Below are positions 43,367 to 53,635 of a stretch of DNA of 64,000 bases, in pieces. The position numbers and the translations under genes were made by a program. The notes beneath the pieces were generated by a model, which saw only the letters and a program-made list of their open reading frames with translations, was not told where the DNA came from and searched no databases. The stretch spans positions 749 to 64,748 of the forward strand of contig DIFZ01000024.1 in the NCBI GenBank assembly GCA_002419385.1, in the 5' to 3' direction. Within the stretch, counting starts at the first letter, position 1; the number at the start of each line of letters is the position of its first letter. This DNA is from Geobacter sp. UBA5735. Its GTDB lineage: Bacteria; Desulfobacterota; Desulfuromonadia; Geobacterales; Geobacteraceae.

Positions 43367-44095
43367 CTATCGCCCGCCGAAGGGGACCGTGAGGAATTGG
43401 GAGATCGAGGTGAGGTAGTTGGTGAAAATCAATACGCCGACGACAATGAGAAACATTCCGGTGATGATCTCAAAGATCCTGATGGCCTTTTTGAAGCGGT
43501 TGAAGATATCGAGGAATTTGTGCAGAGCCAGGGAAGCCATGAAAAAAGGTGTTCCCAGTCCCAGGGAGTAGGCAAGGAGAAGAGCCATGCCTTTGTACAC
43601 CGTGTCTTCGGCTGCGGCGATCATGAGGATAGATGCGAGGATCGGGCCTATGCACGGTGTCCAGCCGGCCGCGAACGCAAGGCCCACCATGAAGCTGCCC
43701 GCGTAGCCGGCGGGTTTCCTGTGGACTTTCACGCGCCGTTCCCCCAGCAGCAAAGCGAGCGGTACGAGACCCGTTACATGGATCCCGAAAATGACAACCA
43801 GTATTCCGCCGATCTTGCGAAGCACTCCCATGTACTCCTGGAGAAATGTCCCGACAATTGTGGCGGAAGCCCCGAGAAAGATGAAAACCGCGGTGAAACC
43901 CGCAATGAAAAGCAGCGAGTGGGCCATGGTCTTGCGTCGGACCGCATGGGAAGGATGTTCTTCACGCAGGTCGGCAAAGGAAAGCCCGGTAATGAACGTG
44001 ATATAGGAAGGTATGAGAGGCAGAACACAAGGGGACAGGAAGGAAAGCAGCCCTGCCAGAAATGCGCCTGCAAAGGTTATGTGGGAAGATTCCAT
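43367..44095 (-). CDS. ccdA: cytochrome c biogenesis thiol-disulfide transporter (CcdA/DsbD family)
   Basis: 242 aa, polytopic. It has LSPCVLPLIPSY and a second Cys in WTPCIGP. Confidence 0.85.
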   Translation of the reverse strand: MESSHITFAGAFLAGLLSFLSPCVLPLIPSYITFITGLSFADLREEHPSHAVRRKTMAHSLLFIAGFTAVFIFLGASATIVGTFLQEYMGVLRKIGGILVVIFGIHVTGLVPLALLLGERRVKVHRKPAGYAGSFMVGLAFAAGWTPCIGPILASILMIAAAEDTVYKGMALLLAYSLGLGTPFFMASLALHKFLDIFNRFKKAIRIFEIITGMFLIVVGVLIFTNYLTSISQFLTVPFGGR

Positions 44096-44146
44096 AGTTC
44101 CGGGTCCTAGCGTTTCCCCTCGTCAGGCGGCACAGCAGACACCGTA

Positions 44147-45115
44147 CTACCGGTGTCGCGTGACGACATAATCAGCCAGTTCGAGCAAGGCACGCTTCTC
44201 GGGAGAGTCCTGGAACGGTTCCAGGCGTGCTTTTCCCCGCTCCACATACGTGCGCGCCTTATCAACGGCATACTCTATGCCACCGTACGCACGGACAAGA
44301 GAGATCACTGTCTGGAAATCCTCTACCATCAGCGTATCACTCATGATAACGTCAGAAATGGCTTTTCTCTCGGCCGGGCTGCAGCACCGCAAGGTGTGGA
44401 TGAGCGGGAGGGTGATCTTTCCTTCCTCGAGATCATGGCCGATGTGTTTGCCGAACTGCTCCTCGCTGGACACATAATCGAGCGTATCATCGATGAGCTG
44501 GAACGCAATGCCCAGGTCCATGCCGAATTCGCGCAGGGACTCCTCCATCTCTCCTGCCGCCTTGCCCAGAATTGCCCCTGCCTGACAGGCCGTGGCGAGG
44601 AGGATCGCCGTCTTGCTCTTCACCACATCGACATATCTTTCCTCGGAAACGTCCAGGTCGCTCATGCAGACCAGCTGGACAACCTCCCCTTCCGCTATCA
44701 TGGTAGTTGCCGCGGAGATGACGCGCAGGATATCCAGGTCCCCGTCCTGCACCATGATGGAAAAGGATTTCGAGAACAGATAATCGCCGACCAGCACCGA
44801 AGCCTGGTTCCCCCACAGCGTATTGGCGGAGGCTATGCCGCGTCGCAGCGACGCGTTATCCACCACATCGTCATGCAGCAGCGTAGCGGTGTGAATAAAC
44901 TCGATAACACTGGCCAGCGAAACGTGACGACTCCCCCGGTATCCGCACATCCTGGCAGACAGAAGCAGCAGCGCCGGACGGATCCTCTTGCCGCCGCTGG
45001 AGAGTACGTATTCACCCACCTTGCGGATGAGAGGCACCTCAGAGTGCAGATCATTCCTGAACTGCTGCTCTACGCTTTTCAGTTCCGTCTCGATGAGTGA
45101 TAAAGCAGATTCCAT
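44147..45115 (-). CDS. ispB: polyprenyl diphosphate synthase (octaprenyl-type)
   Basis: It has DDVVD (first Asp-rich motif) and DDTLD (second). Start set at MESALSL. Confidence 0.8.
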   Translation of the reverse strand: MESALSLIETELKSVEQQFRNDLHSEVPLIRKVGEYVLSSGGKRIRPALLLLSARMCGYRGSRHVSLASVIEFIHTATLLHDDVVDNASLRRGIASANTLWGNQASVLVGDYLFSKSFSIMVQDGDLDILRVISAATTMIAEGEVVQLVCMSDLDVSEERYVDVVKSKTAILLATACQAGAILGKAAGEMEESLREFGMDLGIAFQLIDDTLDYVSSEEQFGKHIGHDLEEGKITLPLIHTLRCCSPAERKAISDVIMSDTLMVEDFQTVISLVRAYGGIEYAVDKARTYVERGKARLEPFQDSPEKRALLELADYVVTRHR

Positions 45116-45182
45116 GCGGAAACCTCGGTCGAATTCACGGGGCAATAGTAAAGGAACGGTTTCTGATTTGTCAAAGCATTTG

Positions 45183-45902
45183 TCAAGAGTACTTTATCAG
45201 ATCCACCATATCCCGGACAGCGCGGTCCAGACCGACGAGGACCGCCCTGGATATGATAGCGTGCCCGATGTTGAATTCCTCGACCCCGCCCAACGCGGCG
45301 ACTTTTTTGATATTGCCGTAATTGAGACCATGGCCCGCGTTGACCCCAAGTCCGATCTTTGCGGCGAGCCGTATTCCGTTCTCTATCTTGATGATCTCGC
45401 GATCTTCGGCCTTCTGGCCGGCTGCATCGGCAAAAGCCCCGGTGTGGATCTCGATGCAGTCGGCGCCGATCCGATGGGCGGCCTTTATCTGGTCCGGATC
45501 CGGATCAATGAAGAGACTCACCGCGAGCCCGCCGTCCTGGAGCCGCGAGATGGCCTTTTCGAGAGCCTGTGCGTGCAGCCTGACGTCCAGCCCTCCCTCC
45601 GTGGTCAGTTCCTGGCGTTTTTCAGGGACGAGGGTGCACATGTCCGGTTTCACCGCCAGGGCAATGAAAACCATTTCGTCGGTAGCGGCCATCTCGAGGT
45701 TGAGCTTGGTCCTGACCGTCTGGCGCAGGAGCTTGAGATCCCGATCCTGGATGTGGCGCCGGTCTTCCCGCAGGTGGATGGTGATGCCGTCGGCGCCGGC
45801 CAGTTCGGCAATGGCCGCTGCCGCAACGGGATCGGGCTCTGCGCCCCCGCGCGCCTGGCGAATGGTTGCAACGTGATCGATATTGACTCCCAACCTGGCC
45901 AT
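45183..45902 (-). CDS. pdxJ: pyridoxine 5'-phosphate synthase
   Basis: [19 protein letters not shown]...HLREDRRHI...[12 protein letters not shown]. Confidence 0.95.
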   Translation of the reverse strand: MARLGVNIDHVATIRQARGGAEPDPVAAAAIAELAGADGITIHLREDRRHIQDRDLKLLRQTVRTKLNLEMAATDEMVFIALAVKPDMCTLVPEKRQELTTEGGLDVRLHAQALEKAISRLQDGGLAVSLFIDPDPDQIKAAHRIGADCIEIHTGAFADAAGQKAEDREIIKIENGIRLAAKIGLGVNAGHGLNYGNIKKVAALGGVEEFNIGHAIISRAVLVGLDRAVRDMVDLIKYS

Positions 45903-45906
45903 CCCG

Positions 45907-47265
45907 TTACCCTCCGATCCGCTTCCGCACCAGGTCCGCGATTTCTTCGGACCACGATTCGATCACACCCCTGTCCCTGCCTTCCAGCATGATCCGGAGC
46001 AGGGGCTCGGTACCTGAATAGCGGATGAGTACCCTCCCCTCATCCTTCATCTTTTCATCGATGGTCGACAGGAGCGAGGCGACCTCCGGAAACGCTGCTA
46101 TATCCTTCCTCTTCTTGACCCGCACGTTGACCAGCACCTGGGGCAGCGGTTCCATTATCCCGGCAAGCTCCGAAAGGGGGCGCTGCCGGCGCCGCATGAC
46201 GGCAAGGACCTGCAGGGCGGACTGGATCCCGTCACCGGTCGTGTTGTAATCGAGAAAGATCAGGTGTCCGGATTGCTCGCCGCCGAAATTGTATCCGCCG
46301 CGCATCATCTCCTCGACAACGTAACGGTCACCTACCGCGGTCTTGACAATCCTTCCGCCGGCCTTCCTGATGGCTATGTCCAACCCCATGTTGCTCATGA
46401 CAGTAGCCACAAGGGTATTCTTGCGGAGTTTCCTTCTTTTCAGCATGTCCGTGGCACAAATGGCCATGATACGGTCACCGTCCACCTGGTTGCCATACTC
46501 GTCGACAAAGATGACCCGGTCGGCGTCACCGTCAAGAGCAATGCCCAGGTGAGCGCCATGGCTCCTGACCGCCTCACTGACGACCTCGGGGTGGAGTGAC
46601 CCGCAACCTGCATTGATGTTGGAGCCGTTCGGCTTGACCGACAGCGGAATGACTTCGGCGCCGAGCTCTTCGAAGACCGCCGGAGCAACCTTGTAGGCTG
46701 CCCCGTTTGCGCAGTCCAGGGCTATCTTGAGCCCCGAAAGGTCAAGTTCCTTGGGGAAGGTGCTCTTGAGGAACACCACATACCTGCCGACAGCGTCGTC
46801 GATCCTGAACGCCTTGCCGACTTCAGTGGCTATGGGACGGAGAGAGTCTATACCCTTGGAGAAAATCAAATCTTCGATGGTGAGTTCAACGGCATCGGGA
46901 AGCTTCACCCCGTCACGGGAAAAGAACTTGATGCCATTGTCCTGGAAGGGATTGTGGGATGCCGAGATGACCACGCCGGCATCGGCGCGCATGGACGAGG
47001 TGATATTGGCAATGCCCGGCGTGGGCAGGGGGCCCACCAGCAGCACATCTACACCCATCGAACAAATCCCGGCCGCGAGCGCGTTCTCTATCATGTAGCC
47101 CGAAAGCCGGGTGTCCTTGCCGATGACTATGCGGTGTCTCCGCGTGTCTCCATCCTTCTTGAAGATATAGGCAGCGGCCCGTCCGATCTGCATGGCCATT
47201 TCAGTGGTCATGGGATAGACATTGGCTACGCCCCGCACTCCATCGGTTCCAAAGAGTTTTTTCAT
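45907..47265 (-). CDS. glmM: phosphoglucosamine mutase
   Basis: Start set at [12 protein letters not shown]. The active-site block is ISASHNP, followed by GDGDADR. Confidence 0.95.
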   Translation of the reverse strand: MKKLFGTDGVRGVANVYPMTTEMAMQIGRAAAYIFKKDGDTRRHRIVIGKDTRLSGYMIENALAAGICSMGVDVLLVGPLPTPGIANITSSMRADAGVVISASHNPFQDNGIKFFSRDGVKLPDAVELTIEDLIFSKGIDSLRPIATEVGKAFRIDDAVGRYVVFLKSTFPKELDLSGLKIALDCANGAAYKVAPAVFEELGAEVIPLSVKPNGSNINAGCGSLHPEVVSEAVRSHGAHLGIALDGDADRVIFVDEYGNQVDGDRIMAICATDMLKRRKLRKNTLVATVMSNMGLDIAIRKAGGRIVKTAVGDRYVVEEMMRGGYNFGGEQSGHLIFLDYNTTGDGIQSALQVLAVMRRRQRPLSELAGIMEPLPQVLVNVRVKKRKDIAAFPEVASLLSTIDEKMKDEGRVLIRYSGTEPLLRIMLEGRDRGVIESWSEEIADLVRKRIGG

Positions 47266-47383
47266 ATCAAGCGTTCCTCGTGTTGGTTGAATTGATTGTG
47301 GTGAAGCACCCTGAAATTCCGGAAGCATGCCGACCCGGGCGGGATGGGATGAAACAGTAAAAACCGCCTGGCTTCAAACGACT

Positions 47384-47764
47384 TCACTGCCGCGCAAGTG
47401 TCAGCTTGATGGTCGCCGGATAGACTCTGAGGACGCTGATTTCCGGCGGAAGCGCCAGACGCTTCTCCATGCCGCTGAAGACAACGGTCCCCTCACCCAG
47501 TTGTGCGGCATCAAGCTCCAGGGAAAGCCGTTCCGGATGGAATCCGACAAACCTGATCCGCGAACCCGCAACGCTGACCATGATGCTTGCGGGAAGTTTC
47601 CCGCGGACCACCAGCCCGCCGGAGACATTCCGCAACGTGAGGGGCACCGTTATGTCCATCTCCACGGTGGTGAATCCCTTGGCCAGCATCCAGAGGGCCA
47701 CCGCAAGAAGCAGGGCCAGCAACTTGATGGCCAGATTGCCGGATAAAAGGCGCCACGCTATCAC
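47384..47764 (-). CDS. cdaR: YbbR-domain protein (CdaA regulator-like), short
   Basis: The GTG start forms GTGA with the cdaA stop, and GAGGTGG lies upstream. It has a TM helix and then a single YbbR-like repeat. Confidence 0.6.
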   Translation of the reverse strand: MIAWRLLSGNLAIKLLALLLAVALWMLAKGFTTVEMDITVPLTLRNVSGGLVVRGKLPASIMVSVAGSRIRFVGFHPERLSLELDAAQLGEGTVVFSGMEKRLALPPEISVLRVYPATIKLTLARQ

Positions 47765-48540
47765 AGGAACCACCTCTTCTGTTTCAGATGGATGAGACGC
47801 TTCAGCATCTTGCGCAAGGCATTCTGGTCGACTCCCCGCGTTATCCTGCCCCTGTGGGCCAGTGAAATCGCCCCTGTTTCCTCCGAAACCACCAGGACTA
47901 CGGCATCCGTCACCTCTGACAGGCCTATCGCCGCCCTGTGCCTGGTCCCGAGAGTCTTGCTCAGTTCCGGATTGCGGGAAAGCGGCAGGAAACATCCCGC
48001 CTTGGTGAGCTTGCCGTTCTGGATTATCACTGCCCCGTCGTGAATGGGCGAATAGGGGAGGAAGATCGACATGATGATTTCGCTGGAAACCTTCGCGTCG
48101 ATCTCCGTTCCGACCTCCAGGAAATTCTCCACTTCCACGTCACGCTCGAGCACGATCAGTGCGCCGATCTTCCTTCCGGAAAGGAGTTCGGCAGAGGTGA
48201 CCAGTTCTTCCACCAGCGTTGATACGCCATCAGCCTGTTCCCGGAAGAAACCGCTCCGGCCCATCGCGGACAGGGCGCGCCGGATATCGTGCTGGAAAAC
48301 CACGATCAGAATGAGGATGATGCCGTTGAAAAACCCGCTCAGAATCCAGTCGAGCGTGCGCAGGCCGTAGAGGTGGGAAAGGAAATAGACGCAGGAGAGC
48401 CCCACGAGACCGATCAGCAGGCGAATGGCGATGGCCCCTTTAATGAGAAGCATGAACTGGTAGAGGAATACTGCGACAAGTATGATGTCGAGCAGGTCCA
48501 GCCAACCAACTGTTCCCAAAGGAGTCATCATCGAAAGCAC
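47761..48540 (-). CDS. cdaA: diadenylate cyclase
   Basis: 259 aa. It has three N-terminal TM helices and a DisA_N domain (GALIVLERD, HDGAVII, GTRHRAA). Confidence 0.9.
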   Translation of the reverse strand: MLSMMTPLGTVGWLDLLDIILVAVFLYQFMLLIKGAIAIRLLIGLVGLSCVYFLSHLYGLRTLDWILSGFFNGIILILIVVFQHDIRRALSAMGRSGFFREQADGVSTLVEELVTSAELLSGRKIGALIVLERDVEVENFLEVGTEIDAKVSSEIIMSIFLPYSPIHDGAVIIQNGKLTKAGCFLPLSRNPELSKTLGTRHRAAIGLSEVTDAVVLVVSEETGAISLAHRGRITRGVDQNALRKMLKRLIHLKQKRWFL

Positions 48541-48597
48541 CAGGAAATCCCCGGGAGGGGATTGATGGGATATTCGGCATGCTGCCGGAACCAGGAG

Positions 48598-49569
48598 CTA
48601 TCCACCCCCACCCGAAGGAGCAGGGGAGCAGGGGAGAGCAGTATCCTGACCATTCCGGCCACTTCCTATGGCATGGGCCATCAGAGCCGCGTCACGCATC
48701 TCGCGCACATCATGCACTCTCACGACAGCAGCGCCGTTTGCGACAGCCACGGCAACAGTCGCCGCTGTTCCGAAGAGCCTGTCACCCGCAGCGCGGCCCA
48801 GAACACTGCCGATGAAGGATTTCCGCGAAGTGCCGACGAGGACGGGACGGCCGAGGGCGGCAAACTCTCTGAGACGTCGCAGAATTTCAAGATTTCCCGC
48901 AAGGTTCTTGCCGAAACCGATCCCCGGGTCGGCCACGATGCGGGACGGCGGGATACCGGACGACACCAGGCTGGCAATCCTGTCCCGGAGGAATGCTATG
49001 ATCTCCGGTACAAGAGCCTGGTAAGAGGTTTCGTTCTGCATCCGGTCAGGTCTGTTCCGTGTATGCATCACAACAAGGCCGGCCCCAGCCTCAGCCACAA
49101 CCTCCGGCATTGCCGGATCGAAGGTGCAACCGCTAATATCGTTCACGATGCAGGCACCGGCATTGAGCGCCTCGCGAGCCACGACAGACTTGTATGTGTC
49201 TATTGAAACAGGGACATTAAGCCTGCCGGAAAGGCGCTCGATAACGGGCACAACCCTCTTCAACTCTTCGGCGGCGTCAACCGGAGCGGCATAGGGGCGG
49301 GTGCTTTCCCCTCCGATGTCAACGATGTCCGCTCCCTCTTCCTGCATTTCCAGCGCCCGGTCCACGGCACGCTCAGGATCGAGGAAAAGTGCCCCGTCGG
49401 AAAAAGAATCCGGGGTGACATTCAGCACTCCCATGATATGGGGGCGAAGCGACAGGTCGATGACGTTTCCGCCAACCCGCCAGATGCAGGTTTCGAAGAG
49501 CGGCGTTCCGGCCGCTCCCCGCGTATCCGTTGATGAATGGTTGTGCATGGGCGTTTGCGGCTTGATCAT
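48598..49569 (-). CDS. folP: dihydropteroate synthase
   Basis: [24 protein letters not shown] and GFGK blocks. There is an ATGA overlap with the ftsH stop. Confidence 0.9.
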   Translation of the reverse strand: MIKPQTPMHNHSSTDTRGAAGTPLFETCIWRVGGNVIDLSLRPHIMGVLNVTPDSFSDGALFLDPERAVDRALEMQEEGADIVDIGGESTRPYAAPVDAAEELKRVVPVIERLSGRLNVPVSIDTYKSVVAREALNAGACIVNDISGCTFDPAMPEVVAEAGAGLVVMHTRNRPDRMQNETSYQALVPEIIAFLRDRIASLVSSGIPPSRIVADPGIGFGKNLAGNLEILRRLREFAALGRPVLVGTSRKSFIGSVLGRAAGDRLFGTAATVAVAVANGAAVVRVHDVREMRDAALMAHAIGSGRNGQDTALPCSPAPSGGGG

Positions 49570-51401
49570 TCCCCCGTCAAATCATCGGGCTGAAGGGAAC
49601 AGGAAGGAGTTTCAGCACTGCAACTGACGATTTCATCAACCTCGGCGCCGCTCAGGTTTTCTTTTTCGATGAGCAGCAGGGAGAGTTTGTGCAGTGTTTC
49701 AAGGTTGTCCACAAGCAGTGTCCGGGCACGCTGGTAGTTTTCCTCGACGATACGGCGGATTTCCTCGTCGATCTCCACGGCAGTCGACTCACTGTAGTTC
49801 TTGGACACCGACATTTCGCGGCCGAGGAAAATCTGCTCGTCTTTCTTGCCGAATGTCACCGGTCCGAGGCGGTCGCTCATGCCCCATTCGCAAATCATCT
49901 TGCGGGCAATTTCCGTGGCATGCTCGATGTCGTTGCCGGCGCCGGTGGTCATGGTGCCGAAGACGATTTCCTCGGCAGCCCGCCCGCCCATGAGCACGGC
50001 GATCCGGGCGAAGAGCACTTCCTTGGAATAGGAATGCTTGTCTTCGATGGGAAGCTGCATGGTGATGCCCAGCGCCCGTCCGCGCGGGATGATGGACACC
50101 TTGTGAATCGGGTCGGTGCCGGGAATGAGCTTCGCCACCAGGGTATGACCGGCCTCGTGGTAGGCAGTGTTGCGCTTCTCCTCTTCCGAGATGACCATGC
50201 TGCGCCGCTCAACGCCCATGAGGACCTTGTCCTTGGCGTCGTCAAGGTCCTGCATCTCGACGAAATTCTTGTCTTTGCGGGCCGCCAGAAGCGCCGCTTC
50301 GTTGACCACGTTGGCAAGGTCGGCGCCGGAGAAGCCGGGTGTGCCGCGGGCGACCAGGGAAAGATCCACGCTGGGCGCCAGTGGAGTCTGGCGGGAATGC
50401 ACCTTGAGAATCGCCTCCCTCCCCTTCACATCCGGCCTGGGTACGACCACCTGCCGATCGAAGCGGCCGGGGCGCAACAGAGCCGGGTCGAGCACATCCG
50501 GGCGGTTGGTCGCGGAGATCAGGATGACCCCTTCGTTTGATTCGAAGCCGTCCATTTCCACCAGGAGCTGGTTGAGCGTCTGCTCCCGCTCGTCATGTCC
50601 GCCGCCGAGACCGGCTCCGCGATGACGGCCGACAGCATCTATCTCATCGATAAAGATTATGCACGGAGCATTCTTCTTGCCCTGCACGAACAGGTCGCGC
50701 ACCCGGCTGGCCCCCACACCCACAAACATTTCCACGAAATCGGAACCGGAAATGGAGAAGAAGGGAACGCCCGCCTCGCCGGCTATGGCCCGGGCCAGCA
50801 GGGTCTTGCCGGTACCGGGAGGGCCGACCAAAAGCACGCCTTTCGGCAGCCGACCGCCCAGCTTGGTAAACTTCTTCGGATCCTTGAGAAAGGAGATGAT
50901 CTCTGCCAGTTCTTCCTTGGCCTCGTCCACGCCCGCGACATCCTCGAAAGTTATTCTCCCCTGAGCTTCGGTCAGAAGCTTCGCCCGGCTCTTGCCGAAG
51001 GCCATGGCCTTGCCGCCGCCGGACTGCATCTGGCGCATGATGAATATCCAGACGCCCACCAGCAGAATGAGGGGGAACCAGGTGAGGAACATGGAAAGCC
51101 AGGAGATCTTTTCCTCGGCAGGCTTTGCGTCGACTGCCACGTTCTTTTCGAGGAGCTTCTGCGTCAGCCCCGGATCTTCGGGCTTGTAGCTCCTGAAAGA
51201 CTTTTTGTCGGTGTACTTGCCGATGATATCGTCGCCCTGCAGTGTCACCGAGGCTATCTTGCCCGCTTCGAGAGCGGCAATGAATTCGGTGTAGGTGGTC
51301 TTGACTTCCGTGGTTTTGGACTTGCCCAGGATGTTGATCAGCAATATTGCCATAAGGCTGATGACCAGCCAGAGCGCGAGATTCTTATAAAACTGGTTCA
51401 A
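49566..51401 (-). CDS. ftsH: ATP-dependent zinc metalloprotease FtsH
   Basis: 611 aa. It has Walker A (GPPGTGKT), an SRH region and HEAGH. Confidence 0.97.
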   Translation of the reverse strand: MNQFYKNLALWLVISLMAILLINILGKSKTTEVKTTYTEFIAALEAGKIASVTLQGDDIIGKYTDKKSFRSYKPEDPGLTQKLLEKNVAVDAKPAEEKISWLSMFLTWFPLILLVGVWIFIMRQMQSGGGKAMAFGKSRAKLLTEAQGRITFEDVAGVDEAKEELAEIISFLKDPKKFTKLGGRLPKGVLLVGPPGTGKTLLARAIAGEAGVPFFSISGSDFVEMFVGVGASRVRDLFVQGKKNAPCIIFIDEIDAVGRHRGAGLGGGHDEREQTLNQLLVEMDGFESNEGVILISATNRPDVLDPALLRPGRFDRQVVVPRPDVKGREAILKVHSRQTPLAPSVDLSLVARGTPGFSGADLANVVNEAALLAARKDKNFVEMQDLDDAKDKVLMGVERRSMVISEEEKRNTAYHEAGHTLVAKLIPGTDPIHKVSIIPRGRALGITMQLPIEDKHSYSKEVLFARIAVLMGGRAAEEIVFGTMTTGAGNDIEHATEIARKMICEWGMSDRLGPVTFGKKDEQIFLGREMSVSKNYSESTAVEIDEEIRRIVEENYQRARTLLVDNLETLHKLSLLLIEKENLSGAEVDEIVSCSAETPSCSLQPDDLTGE

Positions 51402-51509
51402 TTCTACCCCCGGATAAACGGCGGGCGGTGGTGACCAACGCCCATAAGTGCTGAAAATGGTGCGACATCATTAACGAAATACCACACGGGTGACTCTTTT
51501 ACAAGTAAT

Positions 51510-52916
51510 TTAAGACGTCGTTCCCCGAATTTCAACTTCCAGAGCTTCCCGGCTCCCGGGCCGCACACGGGCTTCCTCGGCCAGCCGCAGGCCGCCGACC
51601 CAGAGAAGAGTCCCCCCGGAGAACAGGAGCGGAAGGCATCGGCGCTCACCGGCCGGAATCTTTTCATCGATGAACAGATCTTTGACTTTTTTCGACCCTG
51701 TCATGCCAAGGGGCCTGAAACGGTCACCGGCACGGAATGTCCTGACCAGCAGGGGAAACGCAGCTGCCACCGGGTCAAGGTATGCCCTCGTGGCCGGCGC
51801 CGATCCCAGGTTCACCGGCGGAGGGCCCACCGAAAGCGACAGCGAGGAACCGTCAGGCAGGAGATAGCATCCCGGCCCCTCCAGCAGCATCTCCCATCTG
51901 CCCGGATCAGACGCCTCCCCGGGCGGAGAAAAGAAAAGCTGGTCATAGCGCCTGAGCACTTCGAGCCCTCCGGGCAGGCAAAGCTTCCCGTTAACGCGAC
52001 CGGAACGGGACAGGTCCTCGATCTGCCGCAGGTGAACCAGGGCAATCCTGGCCAGGCTGCCGCTCGCGTCCATCAGGGCGCGACGGTACAGGCGGAAGCG
52101 GATGCCGGAATGGTGCTGCAGAACCTTGCTGATTGCCAGGACGACCCCATCAGGGCCGGTAGCGGCAACATCATGGAACACCCCCTCCACCACGGAATCC
52201 AGGACCTCCTCGTCAGCGGCCAGGATCTCGGCGGCATCGCCCAGCCGCCGGGAAATTGCCGGGTTGTAGGTCCTGAGCTGGGGAAGGAGTTCATGCCGGA
52301 TGCGGTTGCGGAGAAACAAGGTGTCATCGTTGCTGGTGTCATTGCGGAAAGGAAGCCCCTTCTCCCGGAGGTAGGCCGTTATAGCGGCGCGGTCAACGCA
52401 CAGGAGCGGCCTGGCGTACCTGCCGACCGCAAGGGGGCGCATACCGGCAAGCCCCGTTGTACCGGCACCCCGCAACAGCCGCATCAGAACCGTTTCCGCC
52501 TGATCGTCCCCATGATGGCCCACGGCGATTCTGGCCGCCCCATGTTTTTTCGCCACTGAATCCAGCCAACGATAGCGGGCAGTGCGTCCAGCCTCCTCCA
52601 GGGACATGCCCCATTCCCGGCTGAGAGCCCTGACATCCGCTGCGCCAAGCTCGAAAGGCACTCCGTAGCGACCGGCCAGGTCTGCAACGAAAGCTGCATC
52701 GGCGTCAGACTCGGCGCCGCGGAGGTTATGGTTCAGGTGGGCAACGACCAGTTCCAGCGCAAGGCCTGCCAGGATATCCAGCAGCGCCACCGAGTCGGCT
52801 CCGCCGGAAACGGCCACCACCACCTTTTCCCCATTGCGGAACATGCGATGCTCTTCGATGAATGCGGCTATCCTTTTCAACAATGGTTTCGTGGCTTCCG
52901 GCTCCTTCAGGGTCAT
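51510..52916 (-). CDS. tilS: tRNA(Ile)-lysidine synthetase
   Basis: It has a PP-loop (VAVSGGADS), and the TilS substrate-binding and C-terminal domain lengths fit. Confidence 0.9.
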   Translation of the reverse strand: MTLKEPEATKPLLKRIAAFIEEHRMFRNGEKVVVAVSGGADSVALLDILAGLALELVVAHLNHNLRGAESDADAAFVADLAGRYGVPFELGAADVRALSREWGMSLEEAGRTARYRWLDSVAKKHGAARIAVGHHGDDQAETVLMRLLRGAGTTGLAGMRPLAVGRYARPLLCVDRAAITAYLREKGLPFRNDTSNDDTLFLRNRIRHELLPQLRTYNPAISRRLGDAAEILAADEEVLDSVVEGVFHDVAATGPDGVVLAISKVLQHHSGIRFRLYRRALMDASGSLARIALVHLRQIEDLSRSGRVNGKLCLPGGLEVLRRYDQLFFSPPGEASDPGRWEMLLEGPGCYLLPDGSSLSLSVGPPPVNLGSAPATRAYLDPVAAAFPLLVRTFRAGDRFRPLGMTGSKKVKDLFIDEKIPAGERRCLPLLFSGGTLLWVGGLRLAEEARVRPGSREALEVEIRGTTS

Positions 52917-52975
52917 TCCACCTGATACCCGTCTTCACGGACATGACGATGGTTATGCGAATGCAGCTGCCTGCA

Positions 52976-53013
52976 TGAAAACAAAAACCCCTCGTTTCCG
53001 AAGAAAGAGGGGG
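52976..53013 (-). terminator. intrinsic terminator ending the RND operon
   Basis: Minus-strand RNA: CCCCUCUUUC-UUCG-GAAACGAGGGG (UUCG tetraloop, one bulge) followed by UUUUUGUUUUC. Confidence 0.75.
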
Positions 53014-53136
53014 ATCGTGCACAAAATATGCGCTCGATGATTACCTCTGTGCTGTCGGATCACTATAGCTTATTTCATCGGAAAAGTATAGCGGCTCACA
53101 GCACCCCAGACATATCACTTGGATAAGCACGCGCCC

Positions 53137-53601
53137 CTATTTCACGACATACCAGAACTTGCTGCTCCTCACCTTGCCGTCCTTGACCTTGAACTTGCAC
53201 ATCACTCCGTACTTTCCTCGCTTCGCCATGACAATATCGGCGCCGAAATGCCCTTCCATGCCCATCAGGTCTTTGGTCTGTTCCGATTTGTCCGGGTTGA
53301 CCATTTTCACCTTCACCTCGCCTTCGGTCAGCGGCTTGCCGGATCCGGCGTCGGCAAACTCGGCCATGAGATGGTGGGTCTCCTTAATCCCCGCGGGCAT
53401 TCCCATGCCCTTCATATCCATGATCCTGAACGTGACCTTCACGCCATCGACCACCTGCTGGTGGACAACCTTGCCCATCTGTGCCATCTGGCTGCCATGA
53501 CCTTCGTGCATGGACCCGTGATCGTGTTCAGCCGCCGTTACCGCCAGAGGCGCAGCCATTGTCATCATCAGTACCGCTATCAGTGCTGCCGTTTTCTTCA
53601 T
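53137..53601 (-). CDS. periplasmic His/Met-rich putative metal-binding protein
   Basis: 154 aa. It has a signal peptide, then AEHDHGSMHEGHGSQMAQMG and MDMKGMGMP...HHLM...MGMEGH. It is the last gene of the RND operon. Confidence 0.6.
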   Translation of the reverse strand: MKKTAALIAVLMMTMAAPLAVTAAEHDHGSMHEGHGSQMAQMGKVVHQQVVDGVKVTFRIMDMKGMGMPAGIKETHHLMAEFADAGSGKPLTEGEVKVKMVNPDKSEQTKDLMGMEGHFGADIVMAKRGKYGVMCKFKVKDGKVRSSKFWYVVK

Positions 53602-53635
53602 TCCGTATTCTCCCTTTTGTGGTTTTCCCTCCGCA

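Noticed and set aside
44153-45992. 315- and 334-aa plus-strand ORFs
   Set aside because: They are antisense to the polyprenyl synthase and pdxJ genes, which have clear signatures.
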